A stretch of DNA of 64,000 nucleotides from Rhizomicrobium sp. (GCA_035547275.1 DASZVQ010000079.1:25653-89652), one strand, 5' to 3'; positions 10,878 to 20,893 are shown, numbered from the stretch's first letter. The notes: generated from the letters alone by a model not told the origin. A program made the numbers and translations.

Positions 10878-10958
10878 TCTCAGCAAGTGAGAAGGATATC
10901 TTTCTATCCTTCGCTCAATCGTCTCGTATTGTGGCAATGTCGTCTCACTTACTGAGAC
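10878..10958. promoter_or_regulatory. Two TCTCA-N5-TGAGA palindromes upstream of a TBDR
   Basis: TCTCAGCAAGTGAGA (10878-10892) and TCTCACTTACTGAGA (10943-10957), near-inverted copies of each other. Confidence 0.55.
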
Positions 10959-11044
10959 AAATTCCCAACGGATTTTTGACAGGGCAGCGCCTTCGCTCGT
11001 AAAGCGGCGGGCAAGCCAAAAAAATTATCCGGGGAGATATTGCC

Positions 11045-13711
11045 ATGATTGTCAGGACGTTCCGACGCGCCGGTCTGCTGAATCAGGCCGCGATAATCGC
11101 GCTTGCGGCATCGATGCTTTCCATTTCCCATGCCGCCGCCCAGCCCGTGGACAATGCGAATGTCGAGCAGGTTGTTGTGACCGGCACCAGCATTCACGGC
11201 ATCGCGCCGGTGGGCTCGAACCTGGTTACATTGGATTCAAAAGACGTCGACGTCACCGCCGCAAACACGATGCAGGACGTGCTGGCCGCCGTTCCCCAGC
11301 TTGGCACCTTCAATCAGGCGCCCACGCCCACCGGCAATTCCGACGGCTTTGTTTCGACCGCGCCCAATTTGCGCAATATCGGCCAGGCCCAGACGCTGGA
11401 CCTTATCGACGGCCACCGCTTCGTGGGCGCCGGACATCTCCAGACCATTTCCGATCCCTCGATCGTGCCCACTGTGATGGTGGACCGCGTCGAAATCCTG
11501 CCCGATGGCGCATCGGCCGTTTACGGTTCCGATGCGATCTCCGGCGTGGTCAATGTGATCACGCGCCAGGACTATGACGGGGTCCAGCTGAAACTGGGCG
11601 GCAGCGCGGCGGATGGCTATCTGGCCAGCACCGCCAGCGTCCTGTTCGGCTCGACCTGGACCGGCGGCGGTTTTGCCGCGGCTGTTGAATATACCGGCAA
11701 CAGCCATTTGAGCGCGCAAGACCGCGATTTCGTGACAACAAATTTCACCGCGACCGGGGGCACCGATGCGCGCTCGCTGGGTTGCCCTCAGCCCAATGTC
11801 ACCGTCAATGGCATTAACTATGCCTATCCCGGCTGGACGGCCAACAGCCAGGTGCGCTGCGATACGGCCAAGCAGGCGGATATCTATCCGGAGCAGGACC
11901 GTGTCGGCTTGCTGGCCAAATGGCATCAGGACCTCTGGGATGGCGTGCGGCTGCATGGCGATCTTTTCGCGTCCCGCCAGGACACCAATTCGCATGTCGG
12001 CGCGGGCCAGATCGCGGGCCTGATGGTCCCCAATACCAATCCGTACTTCACGCTGCCCCCGGGCGTGGCGGCGACGTCGGAAACGGTGACCATGGGAACA
12101 CAGAATCCGCTTGGCGCGCCATATCTGACCGACCGCAATTACCTGACCACATTCGGCGGCACGGTCGGCGTGGATGCCGATGTCTTCCAGAATTTTGTCT
12201 GGAGCACCTATGTAACCGGCTCCGCAAGTGTCACGGGATTGTATGAGCAATCCTATGACACCGCGGCGGCGGCCGCGGCCGCCGCCGGCACCACCACGGC
12301 CACGGCACTTGATCCGTTCCAGAACCGCACATCCCCGGCGGTCAACAGCGCCATCGCCAATCAGGAAAACTTTTTCGGCTCCCGCCAGCATCTGGTGGAA
12401 TTCAACACCAAGATCGACGGTCCCTTGTTCGATCTGCCCGGCGGGGCGGTCCGTATCGCGGTGGGCGGGGTCCTGCGGGAAGAAGGCTATGACGGCATCC
12501 AGACCAGCGGGTTGCGCTTCCAGTTTCAGAACCCCGGCACCGCCGAAGGTGTGCGCCATGTCGGCTCCGCGTTCGGCGAATTGTTCGTGCCGGTGGTCGG
12601 TGACGACAATGCGATGCCGCTGATCCGTTCCCTGGATCTCTCCATCGAGGGCCGCTACGACAATTACAGCGATTTCGGCCAGACGACGAACCCGAAATAC
12701 GGCATCAACTGGAAGCCCATAGACGAGCTGACCCTTCATGCCAGCTATGGCACGTCCTTCCACGCGCCGGCGCTTGCGGATCTGCACGGTCCCGACACGC
12801 GCGCGGGCTATTACATTGGCGGGGTGGGCGCGCCGGGTTTCAACAATGCGCAACTTGCCGATGTCTATCTCGCCGGCGGCAATGCCAATCTGCAGGCGGA
12901 GAAGTCGCTGACCAAGTCGCTGGGCTTCGACTGGAAGCCGTCAGCCTTTCCCGGTCTGCATCTGGGGGCAACCTATTATGCGATCTATTTCACGGGCGAA
13001 GTCGGTTATCCGGATGGCAGTCAGTTCTTCGTCAATCCCGCATACAACAAATACTTTTATTTCAACAATGGCAATCCGCTCAACCCGGCGCTGGTGGCTT
13101 CGACACTCAGCGGCCTGCGCCTCATCGGATTTCCGGCGACGGCCGGCGGCGCCTATCCGACGATCGACTACATAGCGGATTTCCGCCGCGTCAATCTGTC
13201 AGCGATCAAGACGCAAGGGATTGATTTCGACGTCGCCTATGCCTGGGACACGCCCTGGGGCAGCTGGCTGGCCACGCTGGACGGCGAGCAGGGCCTCAAA
13301 TACGACAATTCGCCCATTCCCGGCGCGCCCTATACCAACAGCTATCTGACGGGGCAAGTGCCGCTGAACATGCGCGCGGTGCTGAGCTGGAACCAGGGAC
13401 CGCTCCAGGCGGCGCTGAAGATCAATTACAGCTCTGGCTACAAGGATCTTTATACGACGACCGCCGGTGGCTCGGCCTATGAGGCGGTGCAGTCCTTCAC
13501 GACGGTCAGTGTCTATGGCGCTTATGACTTGGGCGGCCTGTCCATCTTCAACGGGCTGATCAAGGACACGCAGGTCTCCCTCAATATCGATAACCTGTTC
13601 GATACGGCGCCGCCTTATTCGATGTCCACGGCCCGTTTCGCCAATGGCGGCTATGGCTATGGCAATCCCATCGGCCGGCTGTTCACAGTGGCGCTAGTGA
13701 ACAAATTCTGA
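11045..13711 (+). CDS. TonB-dependent receptor
   Basis: Signal peptide, TonB box-like EQVVVTGT, plug motif RVEILPDGASAVYGSDAISGVVN, NLFD motif, C-terminal Phe. Confidence 0.93.
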   Translation: MIVRTFRRAGLLNQAAIIALAASMLSISHAAAQPVDNANVEQVVVTGTSIHGIAPVGSNLVTLDSKDVDVTAANTMQDVLAAVPQLGTFNQAPTPTGNSDGFVSTAPNLRNIGQAQTLDLIDGHRFVGAGHLQTISDPSIVPTVMVDRVEILPDGASAVYGSDAISGVVNVITRQDYDGVQLKLGGSAADGYLASTASVLFGSTWTGGGFAAAVEYTGNSHLSAQDRDFVTTNFTATGGTDARSLGCPQPNVTVNGINYAYPGWTANSQVRCDTAKQADIYPEQDRVGLLAKWHQDLWDGVRLHGDLFASRQDTNSHVGAGQIAGLMVPNTNPYFTLPPGVAATSETVTMGTQNPLGAPYLTDRNYLTTFGGTVGVDADVFQNFVWSTYVTGSASVTGLYEQSYDTAAAAAAAAGTTTATALDPFQNRTSPAVNSAIANQENFFGSRQHLVEFNTKIDGPLFDLPGGAVRIAVGGVLREEGYDGIQTSGLRFQFQNPGTAEGVRHVGSAFGELFVPVVGDDNAMPLIRSLDLSIEGRYDNYSDFGQTTNPKYGINWKPIDELTLHASYGTSFHAPALADLHGPDTRAGYYIGGVGAPGFNNAQLADVYLAGGNANLQAEKSLTKSLGFDWKPSAFPGLHLGATYYAIYFTGEVGYPDGSQFFVNPAYNKYFYFNNGNPLNPALVASTLSGLRLIGFPATAGGAYPTIDYIADFRRVNLSAIKTQGIDFDVAYAWDTPWGSWLATLDGEQGLKYDNSPIPGAPYTNSYLTGQVPLNMRAVLSWNQGPLQAALKINYSSGYKDLYTTTAGGSAYEAVQSFTTVSVYGAYDLGGLSIFNGLIKDTQVSLNIDNLFDTAPPYSMSTARFANGGYGYGNPIGRLFTVALVNKF

Positions 13712-13768
13712 TGGAAAATCCGAGATACCTGACACGCGGTCTTTCCGCCGCTTAGGGTTTTCCGCTTT

Positions 13769-13799
13769 GTGCTCGGCGATTATCGCCGGGCACTTTTTT
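13769..13799 (+). terminator. Rho-independent terminator
   Basis: GTGCTCGGCGAT/ATCGCCGGGCAC stem followed by T6. Confidence 0.8.
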
Positions 13800-13856
13800 G
13801 ATCGCCTCGACTGACGATGGAAATCTTGAGCCGTTGTAATAGGTCAGTGCATAATA

Positions 13857-13875
13857 TATCAATTTACTAGACTAT
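13857..13875 (+). promoter_or_regulatory. AT-rich motif TATCAATTTACTAGACTAT, shared with 17491-17509
   Basis: 16/19 identical to the motif upstream of the DsbD-N operon. Confidence 0.5.
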
Positions 13876-13917
13876 AGAGGCGCTGCACAACACCCGCTCA
13901 TTTCGAGCGGGAACCCG

Positions 13918-16491
13918 ATGTCCATTTTCATTTCAGGCTTTGATTTGCGGCCAGCGCTTCTGGCCGGTGTCGCATTTGTGGCCTTGACGGCCGGCCTTCC
14001 GGCTTTCGCGCAGCAGGTCGCCGTCGCCGATACGGAAGCCGTGATTGTGACCGGCACGCGCGTCAGCGGCCTGACCGCGGAAGACAGCGCGGCCCCCATT
14101 ACGGTGATCGGCAGCGACGCGCTCAGCCATGTTGGCCAGCCTGACCTGATCCAGACGCTGGCCCAGCTCAGCCCTTCCTTTACCGCCGAGGCGCGGGGCG
14201 GCGATACGGGCAACCTCACCCTTTCCGCGCGGCTGCGCGGCGTCTCGCCCAATGATACGCTGGTCCTGATCGATGGAAAGCGCCGCCATTCCAGCGCCAA
14301 CCTGCATGTCGGCAGCGGCCAGTTCCAGGGCGCCGCCACCACCGACCTGGATCTGATACCGGTTTCGGCCATCGACCATATCGAGGTTCTGGAAGAAGGC
14401 GCGGCCGCCCAATATGGCTCCGATGCCATCGCCGGCGTCATCAATATCATCCTGAAGAAGAATGCCTCGGGCGGCGTCGTCAACGCCACGGCGGGCGAAT
14501 TCTTCAAGGGGGACGGCGAGACTTACGATTTCAATGGCAATATCGGCTTGCCGCTGGGCAGCAAGGGCTTCCTCAGCCTCACCGCCGAACGCCAATATCG
14601 CGGTTACAGCCAGACTGGCGGCCAGGACATTCGCCTGGTCGATGCCAACGGCAATCCCCGGTCGCTGTCCTATCCGGTCGCCGGTCTCCCCAACTATCCG
14701 GATGTGAACCAGGTCGAGGGACTGGCGGAGGTGCAACTTACCAATCTGGCCGCCAATGCGGAGTATGCGCTCACGCCGGGCGTCACATTCTACGCCAATG
14801 CCACTTATGGCCTGCGCAACGCCAAGGCACATGAACAGTATCGCCAGCCCAGCCAAGTGATCGCGGCGCCCGGCTCCAATCAGCCTTATAATGCCGTCAC
14901 CAATCCCAACGGCTATGTCGGCCTGACCGCGCAGGGCACGCCCGCCGTTTCCGGCGCCACCGGGACTTATACCACGCCGGGTGAACTGATCTTCTCAACC
15001 ATCGGTTTCACACCGCTGGAGGCGCTGCGCGAGGACGATTATGGCTATACCGCCGGCTTCCGGGGCGATTTCGACGACTGGCGTTGGGATCTGTCGGGGA
15101 CCTATGGCAAGGACCATGACCGCATCTACACCCTGAATTCGGCAAACCTCTCGCTTTTCAAGGATACGCACACCACACCGACCGATTTTTACGATGGCGC
15201 CTTCACCGCCACGGAAGCGACCTTGAACCTGGATATCAGCCGCGATTTCAATGTCGGATTGGCCTCACCCCTGACCTTGGCGTTTGGCGGGGAGGGACGG
15301 GAGAACACTTTTGCCATCGGCGCGGGCGACGCGGCCTCGACCTACAAGGAAGGCGGCCAGTCCTATCCCGGCTTCCACCAGTCCGATGCCGGTGCGCACA
15401 GCCGCAAGAATTATTCCGGTTATATCGATATCGCGGTCTCGCCGGTTCAGGACTTGCAGGTCGATATCGCCGGCCGTTTCGAGCACTATACCGACTTCGG
15501 CGACGCCCAGGTCGGCAAGGTCACGGCGCGCTACGACATCACGCCGGAATTCGCCATCCGGGGCACGGCCTCCACCGGTTTCCGCGCGCCCACCCTGCAG
15601 GAGGAATATTATTCCGCCACCAACACGTCGCCGACCACGGCGACGGTGCAGCTGCCGCCCAATTCCGCCGCGGCCGCTCTTCTCGGCGTCAAGCCGCTGC
15701 AGCCGGAATCCTCGACCAGTTACAGCCTGGGCTTTGTCGCTCATCCGCTGGACAAGCTCGACATCACGGTCGACGCCTATTCCATCGCCATCGGCAATCG
15801 CATTGTCGGCACCGGCACCATCTATGGCTCGGGCGGCGCCATCAATTCCCCCATCGTCACCCAGGCGATCATCGCCCATGGTAACGTGCTGGACCCCACC
15901 GTCACCCAGACCGGCGTGTCCATCTTTCTCAATGGCGTCAGCACCCTGACCCAGGGCGTGGATGTCTCCGCCAATTATCTTACCGATCTGGACCGCTATG
16001 GCACGGTCAACTGGACCCTGGCCGGCAATTATACGGATACCTCGATCAGCAGCATCATTCCCACGCCCGCGACACTCGCCTCCGGCGTCACCCTGTTCAG
16101 CCAGACCTCGCTGACCCTGCTGACTCATGCCAATCCAAAGGAGAAGGTCGGCTTGAGCGCGCTGTGGGCGCTGGATGACTGGACGGTCAATCTGCGGGAG
16201 ACCATCTATGGCCCCAGCTCGGTCGACTACAGTCCCAATGGCGGCATCTATTACACCAACGAGGTCGGCACCGCGGCGATCACCGATCTGGAGCTGGGCT
16301 ATCATCTTCTGGACAATTGGACGCTTTCGGCCGGCGCCAACAATCTGTTCGACAAGCGGCCGGAAGCCGTGCTGCCGCTCAATGCCACAACCCTGAGCAA
16401 TGGCGGCAATGTCGTGGGCGCGCCACTGTCCATCTCGCCTTATGGCACCAATGGCGGTTTCTACTATACCCGCCTGACCCTGAACTTCTGA
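13918..16491 (+). CDS. TonB-dependent receptor
   Basis: Signal peptide, EAVIVTGTR, IEVLEEGAAAQYGSDAIAGVINIIL plug motif, GANNLFD, C-terminal Phe. Confidence 0.93.
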   Translation: MSIFISGFDLRPALLAGVAFVALTAGLPAFAQQVAVADTEAVIVTGTRVSGLTAEDSAAPITVIGSDALSHVGQPDLIQTLAQLSPSFTAEARGGDTGNLTLSARLRGVSPNDTLVLIDGKRRHSSANLHVGSGQFQGAATTDLDLIPVSAIDHIEVLEEGAAAQYGSDAIAGVINIILKKNASGGVVNATAGEFFKGDGETYDFNGNIGLPLGSKGFLSLTAERQYRGYSQTGGQDIRLVDANGNPRSLSYPVAGLPNYPDVNQVEGLAEVQLTNLAANAEYALTPGVTFYANATYGLRNAKAHEQYRQPSQVIAAPGSNQPYNAVTNPNGYVGLTAQGTPAVSGATGTYTTPGELIFSTIGFTPLEALREDDYGYTAGFRGDFDDWRWDLSGTYGKDHDRIYTLNSANLSLFKDTHTTPTDFYDGAFTATEATLNLDISRDFNVGLASPLTLAFGGEGRENTFAIGAGDAASTYKEGGQSYPGFHQSDAGAHSRKNYSGYIDIAVSPVQDLQVDIAGRFEHYTDFGDAQVGKVTARYDITPEFAIRGTASTGFRAPTLQEEYYSATNTSPTTATVQLPPNSAAAALLGVKPLQPESSTSYSLGFVAHPLDKLDITVDAYSIAIGNRIVGTGTIYGSGGAINSPIVTQAIIAHGNVLDPTVTQTGVSIFLNGVSTLTQGVDVSANYLTDLDRYGTVNWTLAGNYTDTSISSIIPTPATLASGVTLFSQTSLTLLTHANPKEKVGLSALWALDDWTVNLRETIYGPSSVDYSPNGGIYYTNEVGTAAITDLELGYHLLDNWTLSAGANNLFDKRPEAVLPLNATTLSNGGNVVGAPLSISPYGTNGGFYYTRLTLNF

Positions 16492-16589
16492 GGCCGGTCA
16501 CGCGTGGCGCTTGATCGCGCCTCATATGCCGGTCGCGCGAAAATCATAAGCACCCAAGCGGCGGTTCCCGCATTGAGCAATCCTGAAGG

Positions 16590-17420
16590 CTAAAGCGCCA
16601 GGGCTGCCGCTTGGATCAAATCCGCAAGGCTGGTGATGGCGGGATGGTTGCTGCGAACATGGCGCACATAGGCGACGGCGGGCAGGGGCGGCAATGTGTT
16701 CCTGGCGACGATCGGCGCATCCAGGAAATGGATGGTACGGCAGGTTATGGCCAGGCCCGATTCCACGGCGGCACGCAGGGCGGCCAGGCTGGGTGTTTCC
16801 AGAACGATGCGATAACGCCGGCCGGCCTTTTCCAGCGCCGCCAGCGCGGTTTCGCGAAACCGGCAGCGCCGCTCAAGAAACGCCATGGGCAGGACCTCCT
16901 GCCGGATCAGGCCGGCATTGCCCAGCCAGCGCATCGGCGCCGTGCGGATGGCGGCCGGGTCGTCGGAGGCGCTGAGGCACAGCACCACGTCCAGTTGACC
17001 GGATTGCAGAAACTCCAGCAGTTCGGTCGAGCCGCCAATCTGCACCTGGACCTTCGCCTCGGGGTGGATTTCCCCGAAACGCGGCAGGACGCTGCCCAGC
17101 AGATTTTCGGCGAAATCCTCGACCAGTCCGATGCGAACCGGCCCAAAAAGAACGTCGCCGCTCAGCGCCTGCACCGCGCGGTCGTTGGCATCCAGGATCG
17201 CGCGGGCGTGGCCCAGCAGGTTTTCGCCCGCCGGCGTCAGGGTCAGCCGCCGTCCCTCGCGCTGAAACAGCGGTATCTGCACCAGATCTTCCAGGCGCTT
17301 CATCTGCAGGCTAAGCGCGGACTGGGTGACAAAGACCCGTTCGGTCGCCCGCAGCATCGAGCCCGCATCCACAATGGCGGCGAAGCTGCGCAAAAGCTCC
17401 GTCGGCAGGTTTATCACCAT
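16590..17420 (-). CDS. LysR family transcriptional regulator
   Basis: N-terminal HTH (LLRSFAAIVDAGS...TQSALSLQMKRLE...LF.R) plus substrate-binding domain. Confidence 0.93.
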   Translation of the reverse strand: MVINLPTELLRSFAAIVDAGSMLRATERVFVTQSALSLQMKRLEDLVQIPLFQREGRRLTLTPAGENLLGHARAILDANDRAVQALSGDVLFGPVRIGLVEDFAENLLGSVLPRFGEIHPEAKVQVQIGGSTELLEFLQSGQLDVVLCLSASDDPAAIRTAPMRWLGNAGLIRQEVLPMAFLERRCRFRETALAALEKAGRRYRIVLETPSLAALRAAVESGLAITCRTIHFLDAPIVARNTLPPLPAVAYVRHVRSNHPAITSLADLIQAAALAL

Positions 17421-17429
17421 TATCCCCTC

Positions 17430-17448
17430 CTATGAGCCGGGCTCATAG
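17430..17448. promoter_or_regulatory. Palindrome CTATGAGCC-G-GGCTCATAG containing a T-N11-A LysR box
   Basis: Perfect inverted repeat immediately upstream of lysR in the divergent region. Confidence 0.55.
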
Positions 17449-17490
17449 ATGCGTTTTGCAGAAGTCCATTGTTTAATTCTGCCAATTCTC

Positions 17491-17509
17491 TATCAAATAA
17501 CTATACTAT
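17491..17509 (+). promoter_or_regulatory. AT-rich motif TATCAAATAACTATACTAT, shared with 13857-13875
   Basis: 16/19 identical to the motif upstream of TBDR 13918. Confidence 0.5.
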
Positions 17510-17526
17510 CGTCCGGGAGAGGTAAA

Positions 17527-18009
17527 GTGCCATCGGTTCGCGTTGTTTTCGCTTCGCTTTTGTTCCTTTCGGCCGGCCCGGCCCTGGCCGAAGGCGAACT
17601 GGCCGGCGACACCGTCGCATGGTCGGTGTCGCCGGCGAACGTCACCAAGGGGCACAGGGCGTTGCTGACACTGAGCGGCCAGGTCCAGCCCGGCTGGCAC
17701 GTCTATGGGCTCAAGCAAGCGCCCTCAGGGCCGACGCCGCTGGTCGTCGCGCTGGAACGGAACGATGTGGCCAGGGCGGCCGGACCGGTCACCGGCAGTC
17801 CCGCCACGACCTATCATGATCCGGCCTTTGGCCTAGACACGCACTTCTACAGCAGCGCTTTCACCCTGACGCTACCCGTTCGTCTCACGTCTCACGCGAG
17901 CGGCGCGCAGACCATTCCTGTCAGCGTGCGCTTCCAGACCTGCAACGGCCGCATCTGCCAGCCGCCGAAGACTGTTCATCTGTCGGCGCCGGTTGCGGCG
18001 GGTGGTTGA
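17527..18009 (+). CDS. Secreted DsbD N-terminal (Ig-like) domain protein
   Basis: GTG start after GGGAGAGG, signal peptide (PALA-E), PGWHVY motif and C-terminal FQTCNGRICQPP (Cx4C). Confidence 0.8.
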   Translation: MPSVRVVFASLLFLSAGPALAEGELAGDTVAWSVSPANVTKGHRALLTLSGQVQPGWHVYGLKQAPSGPTPLVVALERNDVARAAGPVTGSPATTYHDPAFGLDTHFYSSAFTLTLPVRLTSHASGAQTIPVSVRFQTCNGRICQPPKTVHLSAPVAAGG

Positions 18010-18012
18010 GCA

Positions 18013-19452
18013 ATGCGCTGGGGCGACATCCTGCCTGCAAGCCGTGCCGGACGTGTTGCGGCCGTGGCCGGGCTTGCGGCGGTTATCGCCGTTCCGGTCT
18101 GGGCCCAGATCGCGGTGCGCAACCAGGGTTACATTCCCTATAGCGATGCCCCGATCTATTACCGTTCCCAGGATCTGAGCGATCCGGTCGCGCTGCTGGA
18201 AAAGCGGATCGACGCGGGCGAGGTCTCTCTGACCTATGAGCCGCAACATGGCTATCTGAAATCGGTGCTGGACCTGTTGAAGGTGCCGGCGGATTCCCAG
18301 ACCCTGGTCTTCTCCAAAACCAGCTTCCAGTATCCCAAGATCTCGCCGGAGCATCCGCGCGCGCTCTATTACAATGACGATGTGTATGTCGGCAAAGTCC
18401 ATGACGGCAACGCGATCGAAATCGTCTCCTTCGATCCCAAGCAAGGCGCGATCTTCTATCTGCTGGACGAGCGCAAGGTGGACAAGCCGGTCTTTCAGCG
18501 CGCCGAACTGGACTGTACCCAATGCCACATCGCGGCCGGCACGCGCGGGGTCCCGGGCGTGCTGTTGCGCTCGGTATTCCCCACCCGGACCGGCACGCTG
18601 ACGCCGCGCGCGCCATCTTACATCACCGATCAGGAAAGTCCCCTGAAGCTGCGCTGGGGTGGCTGGTATGTGTCTGGCCCGCTGGCAAAGGCCACCATGG
18701 CCAATGCCGTTGCGGCGGAGCAGGCACCTACGGCGACACCGGTCTCGATCGGCACGGGGACAACAGCGGTACCGCAACTGACCCCGCTGGGCGCCAGACC
18801 CTATGACGCCTCAACTTATCTCGCGCCGGACAGCGATCCGGTGGCGTTGCTGGTGCTGACCCATCAGGCGCAGCTGCACAATCTGATCACCCTGACCAAT
18901 TACCAGACGCGCCTGGCGCTTTACGCCCTGGCAAAGACAAGTGGAAATGCCGATCAAGCGCCGCAGATCTCCTCGCTGGAGGCGCTGCCGGAACCCCAGC
19001 GGCATCAGATCCAGAAGCCGGCCGATCAGCTGGTGCATTTTCTGCTGTTCGCCAACGAGACGCCGCTGGGTGGACTGGATGCGCGCGGGATCATCAAGGA
19101 TTCCGCATTCGCGCGCGAATTCGCCGCGCGCGGCATCCGCGACTCCAAGGGCCGTTCGCTGCGGGATTTCGATCTGCACGACCGGATCTTCAAATATCCC
19201 TGCAGCTATCTGATCTACAACGCCGCCTTCGACACGCTGCCCCAGCCGGCCAAGGGTTATGTCTATCATCGCATGTTGCAGATCCTGAGCGGTGAGGACC
19301 AGAGCGCGGAATTCGCCAGTCTTTCCGCCAGCGACCGCGAAGCCATCCTTTCCATCCTGCTGGAGACCAAGCCCGGCCTGCCGGCCGAATGGCAGGACTA
19401 TGCCCGCGCCAATCACCTGAAGCTGGCTTCCGCCGATCCGCGCACCCCATGA
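18013..19452 (+). CDS. Exported uncharacterised protein with a single CxxCH heme-binding motif
   Basis: Signal peptide (VWA-Q), DCTQCH, conserved-looking blocks SQTLVFSKTSFQ, PRALYYNDDVYVG, RWGGWYVSG, SLRDFDL..RIFKYPCSYLIY. Confidence 0.75.
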   Translation: MRWGDILPASRAGRVAAVAGLAAVIAVPVWAQIAVRNQGYIPYSDAPIYYRSQDLSDPVALLEKRIDAGEVSLTYEPQHGYLKSVLDLLKVPADSQTLVFSKTSFQYPKISPEHPRALYYNDDVYVGKVHDGNAIEIVSFDPKQGAIFYLLDERKVDKPVFQRAELDCTQCHIAAGTRGVPGVLLRSVFPTRTGTLTPRAPSYITDQESPLKLRWGGWYVSGPLAKATMANAVAAEQAPTATPVSIGTGTTAVPQLTPLGARPYDASTYLAPDSDPVALLVLTHQAQLHNLITLTNYQTRLALYALAKTSGNADQAPQISSLEALPEPQRHQIQKPADQLVHFLLFANETPLGGLDARGIIKDSAFAREFAARGIRDSKGRSLRDFDLHDRIFKYPCSYLIYNAAFDTLPQPAKGYVYHRMLQILSGEDQSAEFASLSASDREAILSILLETKPGLPAEWQDYARANHLKLASADPRTP

Positions 19453-19484
19453 GTCCGTCAACAACCAACCGAAGGAATACTGCC

Positions 19485-20849
19485 ATGAAAACCGCGATCA
19501 AGATTGCCACCCTCACATCGATCCTCATGAGCGGCGCCGCCGCCATTGCCGCGGACAGCGTGCCCGACTCCGCTCTGAGCGGCCGCTGGGACGCGGTTTT
19601 GACCCGCAATGGCACCAATATTCCCTTCCGCCTGGACATCAAGGGCTCCGGCGCCGATCTGCAGGGCGTGTTCTATGACGGTTTCAAGCCGTATGACGGC
19701 ACCACCAGTGCCAGCTTCAAGGACGGCAAGCTGGTGCTGAATGTCGAGCATTACCTCACCACCATCAATGCCACCTTGAAGGATGGCGCGCTGGATGGTT
19801 CGGTTGTGGCCCTGAACCGCGACAGCAGCGCCCAGTATGGCTTTCATGCCGTGCGTCATGTCGACACCGCGGCGGTGAATGTCGATGCGCCTTCCATCGC
19901 GGGAACCTGGATCATCCCGCTCGATACGCCATCCTCCAAGGGCGAAAAGGCTTTCCGCTTCGTCGTGCAGCAGCAGGGCGCCGAAGTGGCCGCCTCGATC
20001 CTGCGCATTGATGGCGACACCGGCTCCTATAGCGGCGCCTACAAGGATGGCAAATGGGTGCTCAGTCACTTCGATGGTGGCCGCCCAGGCGTCATCACCG
20101 TGACACCGCAGCCGGATGGCACGCTGAAGGTCGAGCAGCGGGTGGCGCGCCCGGTGGCGAGCGCCCAGGAAGCGTCCTATGGCAGCGATGCGAAGACCGC
20201 CAATGCCTATGGCAATGATACGACGCCGGACGGCCGCTATGCCCAGGTGCTGACCGCCTATCGCTCCGATGTCGCCCAGGCCAAGGGGCTGCCGGCGCCA
20301 GAGGATTTCCTCACCCACACCGTCGCGCGCGATCCGAACGAAATCTTCACCTTCAAATATCGCGATGTGAATGGCAAACTGGTCTCCAACGACGATCCGC
20401 AGTTCAAGAACAAGGTCGTGCTGGCGATCGTCACCGGCACCTGGTGTCCGAACTGCCATGACGAGGCGCAATATCTGGTCCAGCTGGACCAGCAATATCG
20501 CGACAAGGGCCTTGCGATCGTGGCGCTCGATTTTGAAGAACCCGAACAGCAGGGCACGCTGGCGCGCGAGCGGGCCTTCATCAAGAAGTATGGCGTGAAA
20601 TACACCTATCTCCAGGCCGGGGCGCCGGCGGAAATGTGGGAGAAGGTGCCCCAGCTGAACCATCTCGATACCTGGCCGGCGACTGTTTTCATTGGCCGCG
20701 ATGGCAAGGTGAAGGCCGTGCATTCCGGTTTTGCCTCTCCGGCCAGCGGTGCGTTCAACACTGAGCTCAAGCAGGAGTTTACTGCCCGCATCGAGCATCT
20801 GCTGGCGGAAAAGCAGGCTGCCGCCACGACACCGGCCTCCCACGGTTAG
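19485..20849 (+). CDS. TlpA/ResA-like thiol-disulfide oxidoreductase with a long N-terminal beta-rich extension
   Basis: AAGGA RBS, signal peptide, WCPNC active site, WPATVFIGRDGKV cis-Pro loop. Confidence 0.88.
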   Translation: MKTAIKIATLTSILMSGAAAIAADSVPDSALSGRWDAVLTRNGTNIPFRLDIKGSGADLQGVFYDGFKPYDGTTSASFKDGKLVLNVEHYLTTINATLKDGALDGSVVALNRDSSAQYGFHAVRHVDTAAVNVDAPSIAGTWIIPLDTPSSKGEKAFRFVVQQQGAEVAASILRIDGDTGSYSGAYKDGKWVLSHFDGGRPGVITVTPQPDGTLKVEQRVARPVASAQEASYGSDAKTANAYGNDTTPDGRYAQVLTAYRSDVAQAKGLPAPEDFLTHTVARDPNEIFTFKYRDVNGKLVSNDDPQFKNKVVLAIVTGTWCPNCHDEAQYLVQLDQQYRDKGLAIVALDFEEPEQQGTLARERAFIKKYGVKYTYLQAGAPAEMWEKVPQLNHLDTWPATVFIGRDGKVKAVHSGFASPASGAFNTELKQEFTARIEHLLAEKQAAATTPASHG

Positions 20850-20860
20850 GCGCGGCCGAA

Positions 20861-20893
20861 CCGGGCGGCCGCGGAGATCGGCCGCCCGGCTTT
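20861..20893 (+). terminator. GC-rich hairpin, probable terminator
   Basis: CCGGGCGGCCG/CGGCCGCCCGG stem followed by CTTT. Confidence 0.55.

Noticed and set aside
16540-16590. LysR-box-like sequence downstream of lysR, suggesting a lost target gene
   Set aside because: Degenerate match and no ORF remnant visible.
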